DNA from: Promethearchaeota archaeon | Lineage (GTDB): Archaea; Asgardarchaeota; Lokiarchaeia; Sigyniarchaeales; SOKP01 | Reading direction: 5' to 3' | Assembly (NCBI GenBank): GCA_030603385.1 | Contig: JAUVXW010000019.1 | Span: 1-64,000 of the forward strand | DNA: 64,000 bases | In this document: positions 51,326 to 61,764 of the stretch, in pieces | Position numbering within the stretch: position 1 is the first letter of the stretch | Layout of the letters: each line of letters begins with the position of its first letter | Notes under the pieces: generated by a model | Database searches by the model: none | Told to the model about the DNA's origin: nothing | The model's input: the letters and a program-made list of their open reading frames with translations, nothing else | Translations under genes and position numbers: made by a program

Positions 51326-52105
51326 ATGGGGAAAGAAAAAAAGGCATTAGGGATAAAGACAACTCGATATTTTACTAAAAATTGTTCTAAATGTGATTTT
51401 GAGTATCCAAATTGGTTTACTAATTGCCCAAAATGTGGAGCAGCTTGGGATGAAATGGAAGCAAAGGCATTTTCAACTACCGTAGCAGATCAAAAGAAAA
51501 CAATCAAGATTGTAGTAAAGATAACTGAAGAAGATTTTAACAGAGCAATACTATATGTGAATTTAATTTTTAGTGCAGATCAAGGGAAGTCGTGGTATCA
51601 AATGCCAATGGACACAAAGATGGATTACTATATTGCTGAAATTGATGAAATCCCTTCGGGTTCAATTATTACTTATTACATTGAAGTTTATTTAGAGAAT
51701 GGAGAAAGAATTATTGAAAATAATGATAATAAATATTTTTATTATAAAGTGGGTGTATCTATTGGAGAACCTGAAGAAAAACCTACCGAAAGGGAAAAAA
51801 AAGCGTTTAAAGAACAAATTAAAGAATCTCCAATCAAACCTAAACAATACTCTAAAGATTCCAGGGAATCTCAAAAATCAGAAACTTATGTAACCAGAAA
51901 TCTGATTGAACAATCCACAAGGATCCCTCAAGAACCAATTAAGTCCAATACAGATGCTAGTTCTCAAGAACAATCTTCAAATGATTTAACGATTTTTGGC
52001 AAACCTCAAACAAAAATTGATCCTGAATTAAAAGTTTGTACTTATTGTAATTCTAAAATAAAGAAAATGTGGAGTACTTGCCCAATTTGTGGAAAAGATC
52101 TATAA
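51326..52105 (+). CDS. Protein with N- and C-terminal zinc ribbons, a central beta-rich domain and a disordered linker
   Basis: CSKC..CPKC; beta-strand-rich core; CTYC..CPIC. Confidence 0.75.
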   Translation: MGKEKKALGIKTTRYFTKNCSKCDFEYPNWFTNCPKCGAAWDEMEAKAFSTTVADQKKTIKIVVKITEEDFNRAILYVNLIFSADQGKSWYQMPMDTKMDYYIAEIDEIPSGSIITYYIEVYLENGERIIENNDNKYFYYKVGVSIGEPEEKPTEREKKAFKEQIKESPIKPKQYSKDSRESQKSETYVTRNLIEQSTRIPQEPIKSNTDASSQEQSSNDLTIFGKPQTKIDPELKVCTYCNSKIKKMWSTCPICGKDL

Positions 52106-52207
52106 CTAATCCTAACAATTAATTTAGGCAATAAAGAATGCATTAAACATTGAATTTAATTAAAATACTTAAATTTTGTTCATATAAAAAATACATATTA
52201 AAAATAA

Positions 52208-53893
52208 TTATAAGTGTGAACCACACTTGTTACAAAAAGCATAATCAGAAGATAATATTGCACCACAATTTTTACAGATTATTAGCTCTTTACTACCTGA
52301 TTTGGAACCATTGCTTTGAGGTGTTGGTGTTGACTGAATTGGCGTGAAACCACTAGGTTTACTTCCTATATCAGCAGCGTTTGGAATTATCCTCAGTTTA
52401 CTGTTTTCTTGAATTTGTGATTCTTTTTTTTCGCTAAATGGAACAAAGTGAGATGAATGAGCATTTGTTGTTTCATCATCTTTCTGTGTTAAGGCTTGAA
52501 AAAGAGAAGGCGTACTAGTTGGTTTGCTTACGGGAGTTATAGGTGGAATTGGAACTGCAGCCGTAGATTCTACTTTCGCTTTCTTTTCTTTTTTAGGTTT
52601 TTCTTTCTTTTCCTTTTTAGTTTTTTTCATTGCTTCTAGTAATTGTTGCTGTTTTTCTTTTTCTTCTTGAATTTTCTTTTCCTTCTCTTCCTTCTTTTTC
52701 TGTTTTTCAAGTTTTTTCATATCTTTCTTTGAATAAATCGGTTCAGGCATGTAATCCATTAAAGAATCAGATTTTGGTTGAGGTTCTCCTTGTGACCTAA
52801 GAAAAGGAGTGGGTGGTAGATTAGAGCTTTCTGCCGTTGGAATTTCTTTAACAGATTGAAATCCTTCTGGTGCTGGTGCTGGGGTGGGAACATTTGAAGC
52901 AAAAGGAACGGCTTTTGGCTTGTAAGTTTCCTCACTAGTAGATATTGAGGATCCTTGAAAAGGAATAGAACTGGTAACTTCTTCTGACTTTTCTTCTGCT
53001 ATTATTTCTTCCGGTGTTTTAAATTCAAAATCTGTTGATCCCATGTTTTGGGTTCCAACCTTTGATTCAGGAATCGGGATTTCTGGCTCAGATTCTGGCT
53101 CGAAAGAGTGACTTGGGGCGGGAGATTTTATAAGAGCGGGTTCTGGAACTGGGGGAGCTTCATATTCAAATTCTGGTTCTGGTTCAAATGATGATACTGG
53201 TTCTTGTTTCACCGTCGTCATAGGTTCTGGAACTGGTGGAGCAGAATAGTCAAAATCAGGCTGCACTTGAGCTGAGGTGGGTGTATAGGCTTCAGAACCT
53301 GTAATTGGTATAAGTCCGGGGTTAAATACCACATTATTGGATATAAGCTGATCTGGAACTCCTGATCCTATCATTAGGCAAGCGAGAATATAGAAACAAT
53401 CGCCGACACCGTCTCCTGTCTTTGCAGAAGTCTCCATGTAATATAAATTAAAATCACGTGTGAATGTGTTGATTTCATCTAAAGATACAGCCCTTTGATC
53501 TACTAAATCGCTTTTATTTCCAACTAATAGTAAAGGAATCTCGGTCTTTACATTTGCTCTAACCTCTTCAATCCATCCAGGCAGATGTTCAAAACTAGCA
53601 GAATTTGTTAAATCAAAAATCAATAAGGCTCCTAATGATCCTCTGTAATACATTGGTCTAATTGAGCTAAAACGTTCTTGTCCGCCTGTATCCCATATTT
53701 GCAGTTTTGATCGAATTAGTCCTTCATTAGAATCAATATTAATTGTTTTTACGTGAAAATCCACACCGATTGTCATCTTATAATCCTCTGTAAAGAAGCC
53801 CTTAGAGAATCTGAGAGTTAAAGCAGTCTTTCCGACGCCTCCATCTCCTACAACAATCGATTTAAAAAGATAGTCATATTCTTCAGCCATCAC
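52208..53893 (-). CDS. Rab-like small GTPase with a long Pro/Glu-rich disordered tail and C-terminal zinc ribbon
   Basis: YDYLFK, GDGGVGKT, TIGVDF, KLQIWDTGGQERF, YYRG, NKSD, ETSAK; terminal CKNC..CNKC. Confidence 0.92.
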   Translation of the reverse strand: MMAEEYDYLFKSIVVGDGGVGKTALTLRFSKGFFTEDYKMTIGVDFHVKTINIDSNEGLIRSKLQIWDTGGQERFSSIRPMYYRGSLGALLIFDLTNSASFEHLPGWIEEVRANVKTEIPLLLVGNKSDLVDQRAVSLDEINTFTRDFNLYYMETSAKTGDGVGDCFYILACLMIGSGVPDQLISNNVVFNPGLIPITGSEAYTPTSAQVQPDFDYSAPPVPEPMTTVKQEPVSSFEPEPEFEYEAPPVPEPALIKSPAPSHSFEPESEPEIPIPESKVGTQNMGSTDFEFKTPEEIIAEEKSEEVTSSIPFQGSSISTSEETYKPKAVPFASNVPTPAPAPEGFQSVKEIPTAESSNLPPTPFLRSQGEPQPKSDSLMDYMPEPIYSKKDMKKLEKQKKKEEKEKKIQEEKEKQQQLLEAMKKTKKEKKEKPKKEKKAKVESTAAVPIPPITPVSKPTSTPSLFQALTQKDDETTNAHSSHFVPFSEKKESQIQENSKLRIIPNAADIGSKPSGFTPIQSTPTPQSNGSKSGSKELIICKNCGAILSSDYAFCNKCGSHL

Positions 53894-54201
53894 ATGTCCT
53901 CTGTTTACTGTTCACTTTAATATATTTTTAAAATTTTCAAAAATGTTCAAGCTTATATATATTATAACTATAAATACAAATTTATAATTTTATTTATATC
54001 TATAAAAGGAGATTCCGTTATTATACTAATAATTAAATGAGTTATCGAGGTATTATTTTTTTGGCAAATAGAGATAAAATAATTCTAAATTTAATAATTG
54101 TATCAAAATATTAAATAATTTAATTTATAGCTTCTTCATTTTTTTGTTAAAAAGATTTTTTATAAACGATTCATATACTTTTTACAAGTTTTAATTGGAA
54201 G

Positions 54202-55239
54202 TTGAAAATTATGGTAAACCCTAAAGATATTGATTTTTACTCATTAGGATTTAATTTTGTTGAAACTAAGACTATGTTCGTTTCTGATTTTAAAGACGGT
54301 AAATGGGATGAAGGTAAGCTAGTACCCTTTGGTAATATTGAAATTTCTCCTGCGGCATGTGTGTTAAATTATGGACAAGGAATTTTTGAAGGAATGAAAG
54401 CTTTAAGAGCAAAGTCAGGAGAGATTACCTTATTTAAGCCAAATGAAAATGGAAAAAGATTTAATCAAAGTGCTAAAAGAATGCTAATGCCGAAGTATGA
54501 TATTGATAAATTTATAGAAGCAATCAAAAATGTGGTAAAGGCAAATGAAGATTACATCCCTCCTTACGATAGTGGAGGAGCTTTATACATCCGACCTATG
54601 TTGTTTGGGAATGGACCAATGTTGGGTGTAGCTTCGGCAAAAGAATTCAAGTTAATCATTTTTACAGCTCCTGTTGGACCTTATTTCCCCGAAGGTTTTA
54701 ACGGTATTGATTTAGAGATTTCGAAAAAGTATACAAGAGCCGCACCTGGAGGAACTGGCTCGACAAAAACAATCTGTAATTATGCTGGAACAATGTTACC
54801 AGCAAAAGAAGCAAAGTCTAGAGGTTTTGCTCAAATTTTATACTTAGACGCAGTCAATTTAGAGTTTATAGAGGAGGTTGGAGCTGCTAATTTTTTTGGA
54901 TTAATAAATGGTAAATTAGCCACTCCTAGAAAAACAGGAACAATTCTTGAGGGAATCACAAGAGAATCTATTTTAGAATTGGCATTAAAAAAACTAGGAA
55001 TAGAAGTCGAAGAAAGAGATATTTCTTATAAAGAATTATTCGATGAGAGTTGTACTGAAGCTTTCTGTTCAGGAACTGCTGCGGTTATAACACCTATAGC
55101 TTCAGTTTCTTTAGAGGGTAAAGAAAAGATTTTCAATAATAAAGCACCTGGTGAAATTACAACAAAATTATATGAAATACTAACGGGAATTCAACGTTTA
55201 GAAATTGAAGATGAATTTGGATGGATAGTTAAAGTCTAA
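54202..55239 (+). CDS. ilvE: Branched-chain amino acid aminotransferase
   Basis: LNYGQGIFEGMKA, LYIRP, KTICNY, ILEGITR, GTAAVI. Confidence 0.95.
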   Translation: MKIMVNPKDIDFYSLGFNFVETKTMFVSDFKDGKWDEGKLVPFGNIEISPAACVLNYGQGIFEGMKALRAKSGEITLFKPNENGKRFNQSAKRMLMPKYDIDKFIEAIKNVVKANEDYIPPYDSGGALYIRPMLFGNGPMLGVASAKEFKLIIFTAPVGPYFPEGFNGIDLEISKKYTRAAPGGTGSTKTICNYAGTMLPAKEAKSRGFAQILYLDAVNLEFIEEVGAANFFGLINGKLATPRKTGTILEGITRESILELALKKLGIEVEERDISYKELFDESCTEAFCSGTAAVITPIASVSLEGKEKIFNNKAPGEITTKLYEILTGIQRLEIEDEFGWIVKV

Positions 55240-55254
55240 TTAGCAATTTTTCTT

Positions 55255-55764
55255 TTAATTTGATAATTTTTCAATTAGACTATAAAAAGCCTGTTTTACA
55301 TTAAATCCTGTTTTTGATGATATTTTTAAATATCCTATTACGTTCTTATTATTCCTTATAATCTCTGAAATATAATCGTCAAAAATATGTGCTTCGCTAG
55401 TATCAATTATATCACTTTTTGTACCTATAATATAAGCAGGTATATTTCCATAATGATTTAATTTATGAATCCATTCCTCAACGCCTTCGAGTGTATTAAA
55501 TCGCGATAGATCAAATAATACGAAAGCAGCAAGAGAACCATTTACAAAATCAGATAATAACTTCTTAAATTGATTTTGACCTGCAAAATCCCACATTACA
55601 AAGTTATACTCATATCCATTAATATGGACATCTTTTGAAAAGAAATCCACTCCCTTAGTTAATTCGCTATTCATATCAAAATTATCATGTATTAAGCGGT
55701 TAAGAAATGAGGTTTTTCCTACTCCTCCATCTCCAGAAACAATGAGTTTAATCGTTTTTTTCAT
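55255..55764 (-). CDS. Ras-superfamily small GTPase (Rab/Roc-like)
   Basis: GDGGVGKT, WDFAGQ, TKSD, SSK. Confidence 0.88.
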   Translation of the reverse strand: MKKTIKLIVSGDGGVGKTSFLNRLIHDNFDMNSELTKGVDFFSKDVHINGYEYNFVMWDFAGQNQFKKLLSDFVNGSLAAFVLFDLSRFNTLEGVEEWIHKLNHYGNIPAYIIGTKSDIIDTSEAHIFDDYISEIIRNNKNVIGYLKISSKTGFNVKQAFYSLIEKLSN

Positions 55765-55935
55765 TTTAATATATACTATTTTATTTCAAATTTAAAAAAG
55801 TACAATAAAATTTGTTTTCCGTAATAGTAGAACATAAAAAAAGTTTGTTAGTTGAATAAATACTTTTATACATAAACGTAAAATAAATATATAGTATATT
55901 TCTAAAGAGATTATTATAGGGAGAACAAATTAAAT

Positions 55936-56385
55936 TTATGAGATCCGGAGAAGTTGTGAACCACCTGTGCTAATTAGTTCATTTTCTCCATTCCAGACTT
56001 TTGCTTTACAGAAATAAATATTTTTTCCACTCTTTATGCATTTTGCTTTTGCTAAAAGCCGTCCTTTAGAAACAGGTTTAAGAAACTCAACTTGCAAATC
56101 TATGGTTGTAACATAACCATTAGGATATATTAATGAAAATGCAGCACATGCACATGAAGAATCAATTAGAGATGCTATAACACCTCCATGAACCATACCA
56201 TTCTGAGTTAAATCTTTTCTAACAATAATTTCAAAATTAGCTCTTCCATTGCCAATCTCTAGCAGTTTAAGACCTAATGTTGAGTAGTAAGGAATTCTAT
56301 TATAAAGAACTTTTTTTAATTCTTCCATATTATTTATCTCTTTCTTTTGGAATTTAATATTTATTACCTGCTTTCTTAAATGCAA
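55936..56385 (-). CDS. PaaI-family hotdog thioesterase
   Basis: QNGMVHGGVIASLID, TIDLQVEFLKP. Confidence 0.9.
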   Translation of the reverse strand: MHLRKQVINIKFQKKEINNMEELKKVLYNRIPYYSTLGLKLLEIGNGRANFEIIVRKDLTQNGMVHGGVIASLIDSSCACAAFSLIYPNGYVTTIDLQVEFLKPVSKGRLLAKAKCIKSGKNIYFCKAKVWNGENELISTGGSQLLRIS

Positions 56386-56415
56386 AGAAATAAAACTTAA
56401 TTAAACCACAAATTC

Positions 56416-57303
56416 TTGATGCTTAAATTTTCAATAAATGATCACCTTGAGCTTAGACTAGAAAATAACAAAACAAATATTTATGTAAATAATGAGTTGT
56501 TTATCCAGTGTAAATATCTTCTATTAAACATATCTATAGAGGAAATGGATAATTTAAAAGATATAAATTCGATTGACGAGGCTGTTGTAAAACTAAATAG
56601 ATCTTTTGAATTTTCAAGCCCAAAGGCGATTAAGATCTCCCCAGAAGTTCAATTTTGGGGACATTGTTCTAATTTACAAGTATGGTATGAAAATAATTAT
56701 AACTCCTGCCTAATCCATAGTAATTTAGCTTTTCCATTGCTTAAAAAACTCACAGAGGCAGGAGATCTTTGTGCAAAAAAAGTATTTAAAGAAGAAATCG
56801 CAAAGAGGTTTGAGAATGGACATTTAGGTACTGTTCAATTTTTTGTTTATAACAATTACTTAGATTTTTTAAATAAAGGAGAATTGGAATGTTTATTTGA
56901 GCAATCGAGTGCTATTCTAATTGAAAATATTCTAAATCAATTAAAAAAATTAGTGATTTCTAGCTTGACTAATTATAGAACAATAAAAGAATTAATAGAT
57001 TTAATTTTGTTTATAGATTTAAAGTTTAATAAAATCCTTCTGATTGAAATATTTAAACACTTTCCTCAAAAATACGAAGAGCAATTTGCAAAATTAGTTT
57101 TACTACATTTAAACTATAAAGAATTTAATAACTACAAAATCCCTTATGGTAAATTTTATTATTATTTCGAACAGTTCATTACCTTTTTGTATGAAAATTA
57201 TCCTTGCTTCAATAAACTAAACAAATTTTTGGATTCTGGTTATTATAATTCTTCTTATTCTTTAGAGGAGAGATTTGCTTATGGTGCAGTTACTTACAAA
57301 TGA
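56416..57303 (+). CDS. Hypothetical protein of an expanded Lokiarchaeia-type family (FWGHCSNLQ motif)
   Basis: FIQCKYLLLNI, FWGHCSNLQVWYEN, HSNLAFPLLKKLTEAGD; shares a motif with the 62489-63010 pseudogene. Confidence 0.7.
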   Translation: MMLKFSINDHLELRLENNKTNIYVNNELFIQCKYLLLNISIEEMDNLKDINSIDEAVVKLNRSFEFSSPKAIKISPEVQFWGHCSNLQVWYENNYNSCLIHSNLAFPLLKKLTEAGDLCAKKVFKEEIAKRFENGHLGTVQFFVYNNYLDFLNKGELECLFEQSSAILIENILNQLKKLVISSLTNYRTIKELIDLILFIDLKFNKILLIEIFKHFPQKYEEQFAKLVLLHLNYKEFNNYKIPYGKFYYYFEQFITFLYENYPCFNKLNKFLDSGYYNSSYSLEERFAYGAVTYK

Positions 57304-57454
57304 AAAGTCTAAAAAATGCGATCATGAATTTTAATTTCAAGCTTATAAATTAACGGTTTTTAATAATTAAGAATAACCTTTAAAGATTAATTATCAAATT
57401 TAATCAAAAACTAAAGAAATTAATAAAAATAAGCATTTGCGGATTTGAAGAAAA

Positions 57455-58507
57455 ATGAAATCATGGATGTTATATGGGGCTTATGGGTATACAGGAAGTT
57501 TGATCGCACAAGAAGCAAAAAACCGTGGTCATTCACCCGTATTAGCTGGACGTTCTGCCGAGAAACTCATTCCATTCGCAGAAAAATTAAACTTAGATTA
57601 TATTGTACTAGATTTAAAAAATGAAAATGCTTTAGTAAATACTCTTGAAGAATTTGATTTAGTTTTTCATTCAGCAGGGCCTTATAAATTTACAAGTGCT
57701 CCTATGGTGAAAGCATGCTTAAAATCCAGTACAAATTATGTTGATATTACCGGTGAAATCCCTGTTTTTGAACAGAATTTTAGATATGATACTCAAGCAA
57801 AAGACAAAGGAATTGCAATTATATCAGGAGTTGGATTTGACGTTGTTCCTACTGATTGCTTAGCTAAATATGTCAGTGAAAAGATTATAAGGCCAACATC
57901 TTTGGATCTTGGGATAACAGCTATGAGTAATCCAAGTCCTGGCACTCTTAAAACGATGTTAGAACATTATAATATTGGACAATTAGTCAGAAGAAATGGA
58001 ATCCTTATACCTCTTGAGAAGGAAGAAATCCGAAAGATACAGTTTTCTGATAAAGAACGGACAGTAAGACCAGTTACATGGGGTGATTTATCTACTGCTT
58101 ACCGAACAACGGGTATACCGAATATAACTACTTACTTTCCTTTACCGAAGAAATTCCCCAATTTACTTGGTTCTGTTGGAGTTTCGCCTAAACAAATGTT
58201 TGAAAATAAAGAATCTAAGAAAAAGGTTGAAAGATGGATTGAAGAAAATATTCATGGACCTGATGAATTTAAACGAAAAACCTATCGATGCTATATATCA
58301 GCTTCAGTATATAACAATGAAGGTATGGAAGCGCATGCTTGGCTTGAAACAATGGAGTCTTATCGTTTCACTGCTGTTTCAGGAGTGCGATCTGTAGAAA
58401 AATTATTCGATATTGAACCTACAGGTGTGTTAACACCGGCTTTAGCTTTTGGAGCAGACTTTATATTAGAGATTCCTGAGACAAAGCGTATTGATTCTAT
58501 TAATTAA
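57455..58507 (+). CDS. Saccharopine dehydrogenase-like NAD(P)-binding oxidoreductase
   Basis: YGAYGYTG, AGPY, YVDITGE, GFDVVPTD. Confidence 0.88.
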   Translation: MKSWMLYGAYGYTGSLIAQEAKNRGHSPVLAGRSAEKLIPFAEKLNLDYIVLDLKNENALVNTLEEFDLVFHSAGPYKFTSAPMVKACLKSSTNYVDITGEIPVFEQNFRYDTQAKDKGIAIISGVGFDVVPTDCLAKYVSEKIIRPTSLDLGITAMSNPSPGTLKTMLEHYNIGQLVRRNGILIPLEKEEIRKIQFSDKERTVRPVTWGDLSTAYRTTGIPNITTYFPLPKKFPNLLGSVGVSPKQMFENKESKKKVERWIEENIHGPDEFKRKTYRCYISASVYNNEGMEAHAWLETMESYRFTAVSGVRSVEKLFDIEPTGVLTPALAFGADFILEIPETKRIDSIN

Positions 58508-58601
58508 GATATTAACAATAAACTTATTTTTTATCCAAAATATTCCATTAATAAAATCAATTTACTATACTTGAATTCTCAAAACATTACGATTAGCATT
58601 T

Positions 58602-58874
58602 ATGACAAATCCGTCAATTATAGCAAAGTTAAATATTAAGAATTGTATTGGTTGTGGTGCTTGTGTTGAAATTTGCCCTAAATGTGCAATCCCATATTCT
58701 CTAATTGGATTTATATCATCATTGGCAAAAATTAATGCTAATAGATGCGATGGATGTGGAAAATGTGTTGAAATCTGCTCGCATAGAGCTATCGTAATGA
58801 TTAAACAAAATTGTCAATATTACCCGTTAGATAAGAACTATTTTTTTAGGACCTCTGCAAAGTATATCATCTAA
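58602..58874 (+). CDS. 2x[4Fe-4S] ferredoxin
   Basis: CIGCGACVEICP and CDGCGKCVEICS. Confidence 0.88.
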   Translation: MTNPSIIAKLNIKNCIGCGACVEICPKCAIPYSLIGFISSLAKINANRCDGCGKCVEICSHRAIVMIKQNCQYYPLDKNYFFRTSAKYII

Positions 58875-59015
58875 ATTTTGAACAACATCTAGATTACTGA
58901 TATATTAGATTTAGGAGTATTAATATTTAAGTAGCAAAAAATTATCATTAGAAAGATTTATTAAGGTTCCAAATTAACTGGAATAGTAAAAAGCTTCTAA
59001 AAGTGAGATTTTTCT

Positions 59016-60284
59016 ATGGAAAAAGAACATATTTTTTTGAAATTATTTGGTCAAAAACTCATTAGTTATAAGAAGCTTAAAAATGGTCAAGTTGCAGGAA
59101 CTGGTCTTCTCAACCCTCTCCTTGATAGATTACGGATATATCGTCTAGTTTTTATGATACTCTTACAAGCTAAATTCTATAAAAATTATGACACAATTGG
59201 AAAATGGGAAGGAAAAATGGTTGCAAATACATTTGCTCCCCCAGTTGGAAGCCGTCCTATGCTCCGCGCTTTAAAAGGATTAGTAAAATCCCAATTAATG
59301 CCTTATCCCTTTCCTGTTGCGATGACTTTTGCGATTACATATAAATGTCAATGTAAATGTGTTCATTGCAGTGCCGGCAGGCATTTTAATAAAGATAGGA
59401 GAGAATTATCCACAGAAGAGGCTAAAAAACTAATTGACGACGCACAGAAATTAGGCGTAACTATCATTGCCTTCACAGGAGGAGAACCCTTACTGCGCGA
59501 AGATGTTTTTGAGCTTATCTCTCATGTAGATAAAAAAAAAGCAATGCCTGTAATGTTTACAAATGGTCAATTTCTTACAGATGAAAATGTGGATAAATTA
59601 GCTGATGCAGGTCTTTATTCATTATTTTTAAGTATTGATTCCCCTGATCCTGAAAAACATAACAAACTAAGAGGGATGCCAGGATTATTTGAGACTGCTA
59701 TTGAGGGACTTAAGAAGGTGAAATCAAGAGGGATTTTTGCGGGTTTTTCCTCTTATGCAACCCGCTCTGGAACAGAAAAAGGAATATATAAAAGGCTACA
59801 TGAATTAGCTATTGAACTTGGTCTCCACAATATAATCCTCTTTGATTGCGTGCCTACAGGAAATATGTTGAAAGATACAAGCGAAATGTTGACATTTGAA
59901 TTGCGAGAAAAACTTCATAATTATTCTGCTGAAGTATTTAAAAATAAAATTGTTCCGCCAATTTCATCTCAAGCCTGGCAGAATTCTGTGGAAGCATACC
60001 TTTCTGGGATAGGATGTTTAGCTGCAAATATTCAATGCTACGCTTCTGCTTATGGAGATATCGCTCCTTGTGATTTTACACCTATTTCTTTTGGAAACAT
60101 CAGAAAGGAATCTTTAAAAAAGATATGGATGCGGATGGTGAAACATCCTGCATATAATCACCGAAGTCCTTTCTGTAGGATGCAAAATAAAGAATTCCGA
60201 GATCTTTATATTAATCCAATACCTGATGACGCTTATCTTCCATACGAAATAAAAAAACTTCCTATCGTTGACTATCGAAAATGA
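59016..60284 (+). CDS. Radical SAM / SPASM-type protein
   Basis: CQCKCVHC, FTGGEPLL, GCLA...GDIAPC..GNI. Confidence 0.9.
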   Translation: MEKEHIFLKLFGQKLISYKKLKNGQVAGTGLLNPLLDRLRIYRLVFMILLQAKFYKNYDTIGKWEGKMVANTFAPPVGSRPMLRALKGLVKSQLMPYPFPVAMTFAITYKCQCKCVHCSAGRHFNKDRRELSTEEAKKLIDDAQKLGVTIIAFTGGEPLLREDVFELISHVDKKKAMPVMFTNGQFLTDENVDKLADAGLYSLFLSIDSPDPEKHNKLRGMPGLFETAIEGLKKVKSRGIFAGFSSYATRSGTEKGIYKRLHELAIELGLHNIILFDCVPTGNMLKDTSEMLTFELREKLHNYSAEVFKNKIVPPISSQAWQNSVEAYLSGIGCLAANIQCYASAYGDIAPCDFTPISFGNIRKESLKKIWMRMVKHPAYNHRSPFCRMQNKEFRDLYINPIPDDAYLPYEIKKLPIVDYRK

Positions 60285-60342
60285 AAAATTTGTAAAATGA
60301 ATCTCGTTCTACGCAAGCAATCTATTTATGTTCATTTTTTCC

Positions 60343-60888
60343 CTATTTTTTCATCATATATTCCTGAGGAATTTCTTGCCCTAATCCCGCTTCTTTAAAT
60401 TTCTGACCATTATCTACATAAAGATTAGAGCCCCATTCTCCCATTCTTCTACGTGGATATTCTTTCTTTTTGATAGCAGGTACACCAGCATAAAGACAGT
60501 TATCTTCGGCTTTTCCTATAATAACAGATCCGCCTGCTATAACTACTCCTGTTCCAACTTTTGAATCTTGAAGAACTATTGCTCCAATTCCAATCAATGT
60601 TGAGTTGCCAATAGTAGAGGGGCCGTGTACCATTGATAAATGTCCAAGAGTTACATTTTTACCTATTTTACATAACCCTTTAATTGTTGAATGGATTACA
60701 CAGTTCTCTTGAATACTTGTGTTTTCTCCCACTACAATTTTACCCCAATCCCCTCTTAATTTCGCACCAAACCATATATTTACATAAGCACCAATCTCTA
60801 CATCCCCAATAATAACCGCGTCTTTAGCTATAAATGCAGTGGGATGAATACTTGGGGTTGTTCCATTATATGGTGATGCAACAATCAT
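60343..60888 (-). CDS. Gamma carbonic anhydrase family (YrdA/PaaY-like) hexapeptide protein
   Basis: LRGD, IQENCVIH, GHLSMVHG. Confidence 0.9.
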   Translation of the reverse strand: MIVASPYNGTTPSIHPTAFIAKDAVIIGDVEIGAYVNIWFGAKLRGDWGKIVVGENTSIQENCVIHSTIKGLCKIGKNVTLGHLSMVHGPSTIGNSTLIGIGAIVLQDSKVGTGVVIAGGSVIIGKAEDNCLYAGVPAIKKKEYPRRRMGEWGSNLYVDNGQKFKEAGLGQEIPQEYMMKK

Positions 60889-61076
60889 GTTTATGACCTC
60901 AAAATCTTTTAAAAAATATTTAGGTTGAATTCTAAAGACTCAAAAATTATTTAAGATTTTTGGATAAAACTCTATTCCTATATTCTCGAGAAAAGGATAA
61001 TTCCCTTTTATGAAAAATTATTAAATACGAAATTTTATTTCTTTGTTACACATCATAAGTTAGATTGAAGCGATAA

Positions 61077-61556
61077 ATGAAAATTAATGTAATGTATGAA
61101 GACAGTTTTCAAATAAATGTTAAACAAGCATTTGATTTAACAATGCAATGGTTATTAGGTCAACATAAAGCAAAGATTAAAGAGTCAACACCTTCCAAAT
61201 ATATCGAAGCTAAACAAGGGACCATGATGACAAATACCGGTCATGATCCAAATTGGAAAAAAAGAATTCGGATAAATTTTTATGAGTTAGAGGGAAAAAA
61301 AACACTTATAAGGATTGAAGCTATTCCACTTGCACGAAATATATTCAGAGTAGAAAAACTCAAACAATCTTGGTTTGATGGATTATTCTCTCATTTATTT
61401 TCACTTCTTCAAACTGTTGGAAAACAGCAAAAATCAGAAGCTATTTTAAAGTCCAACTTTGAGACAGTAGAAAGGATAAAATATTGCCCATATTGCGGAA
61501 AAAAAGTTGAAGAGAAAACCTTAATTTGCCCTGACTGTGGTATCGATTTAGTTTAG
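61077..61556 (+). CDS. Hypothetical protein with a C-terminal zinc ribbon
   Basis: YCPYCG...CPDCG. Confidence 0.75.
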   Translation: MKINVMYEDSFQINVKQAFDLTMQWLLGQHKAKIKESTPSKYIEAKQGTMMTNTGHDPNWKKRIRINFYELEGKKTLIRIEAIPLARNIFRVEKLKQSWFDGLFSHLFSLLQTVGKQQKSEAILKSNFETVERIKYCPYCGKKVEEKTLICPDCGIDLV

Positions 61557-61729
61557 TCAATAAGAAGAACTATAGAAATTAACAATAAACTAAACATTAA
61601 AATCATCAATATAAAGCTTATTACATAACAAGACTCTCTAGAATTGACATGACATATTGATGAAACAGTAATATATAAAACCGTGACATAAATAAATGAT
61701 AAATATGATACTGTGAGTTTATATTTCAT
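61553..61729 (-). CDS. Possible 58-aa two-TM micro-protein (not in the ORF track)
   Basis: MKYKLTVSYLSFIYVTVLYITVSSICHVNSRESCYVISFILMILMFSLLLISIVLLID*; fills the gap between two genes. Confidence 0.35.
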   Translation of the reverse strand: MKYKLTVSYLSFIYVTVLYITVSSICHVNSRESCYVISFILMILMFSLLLISIVLLID

Positions 61730-61764
61730 TAAAATAGAATATACTTTTATTTTATTAAGGTTTT

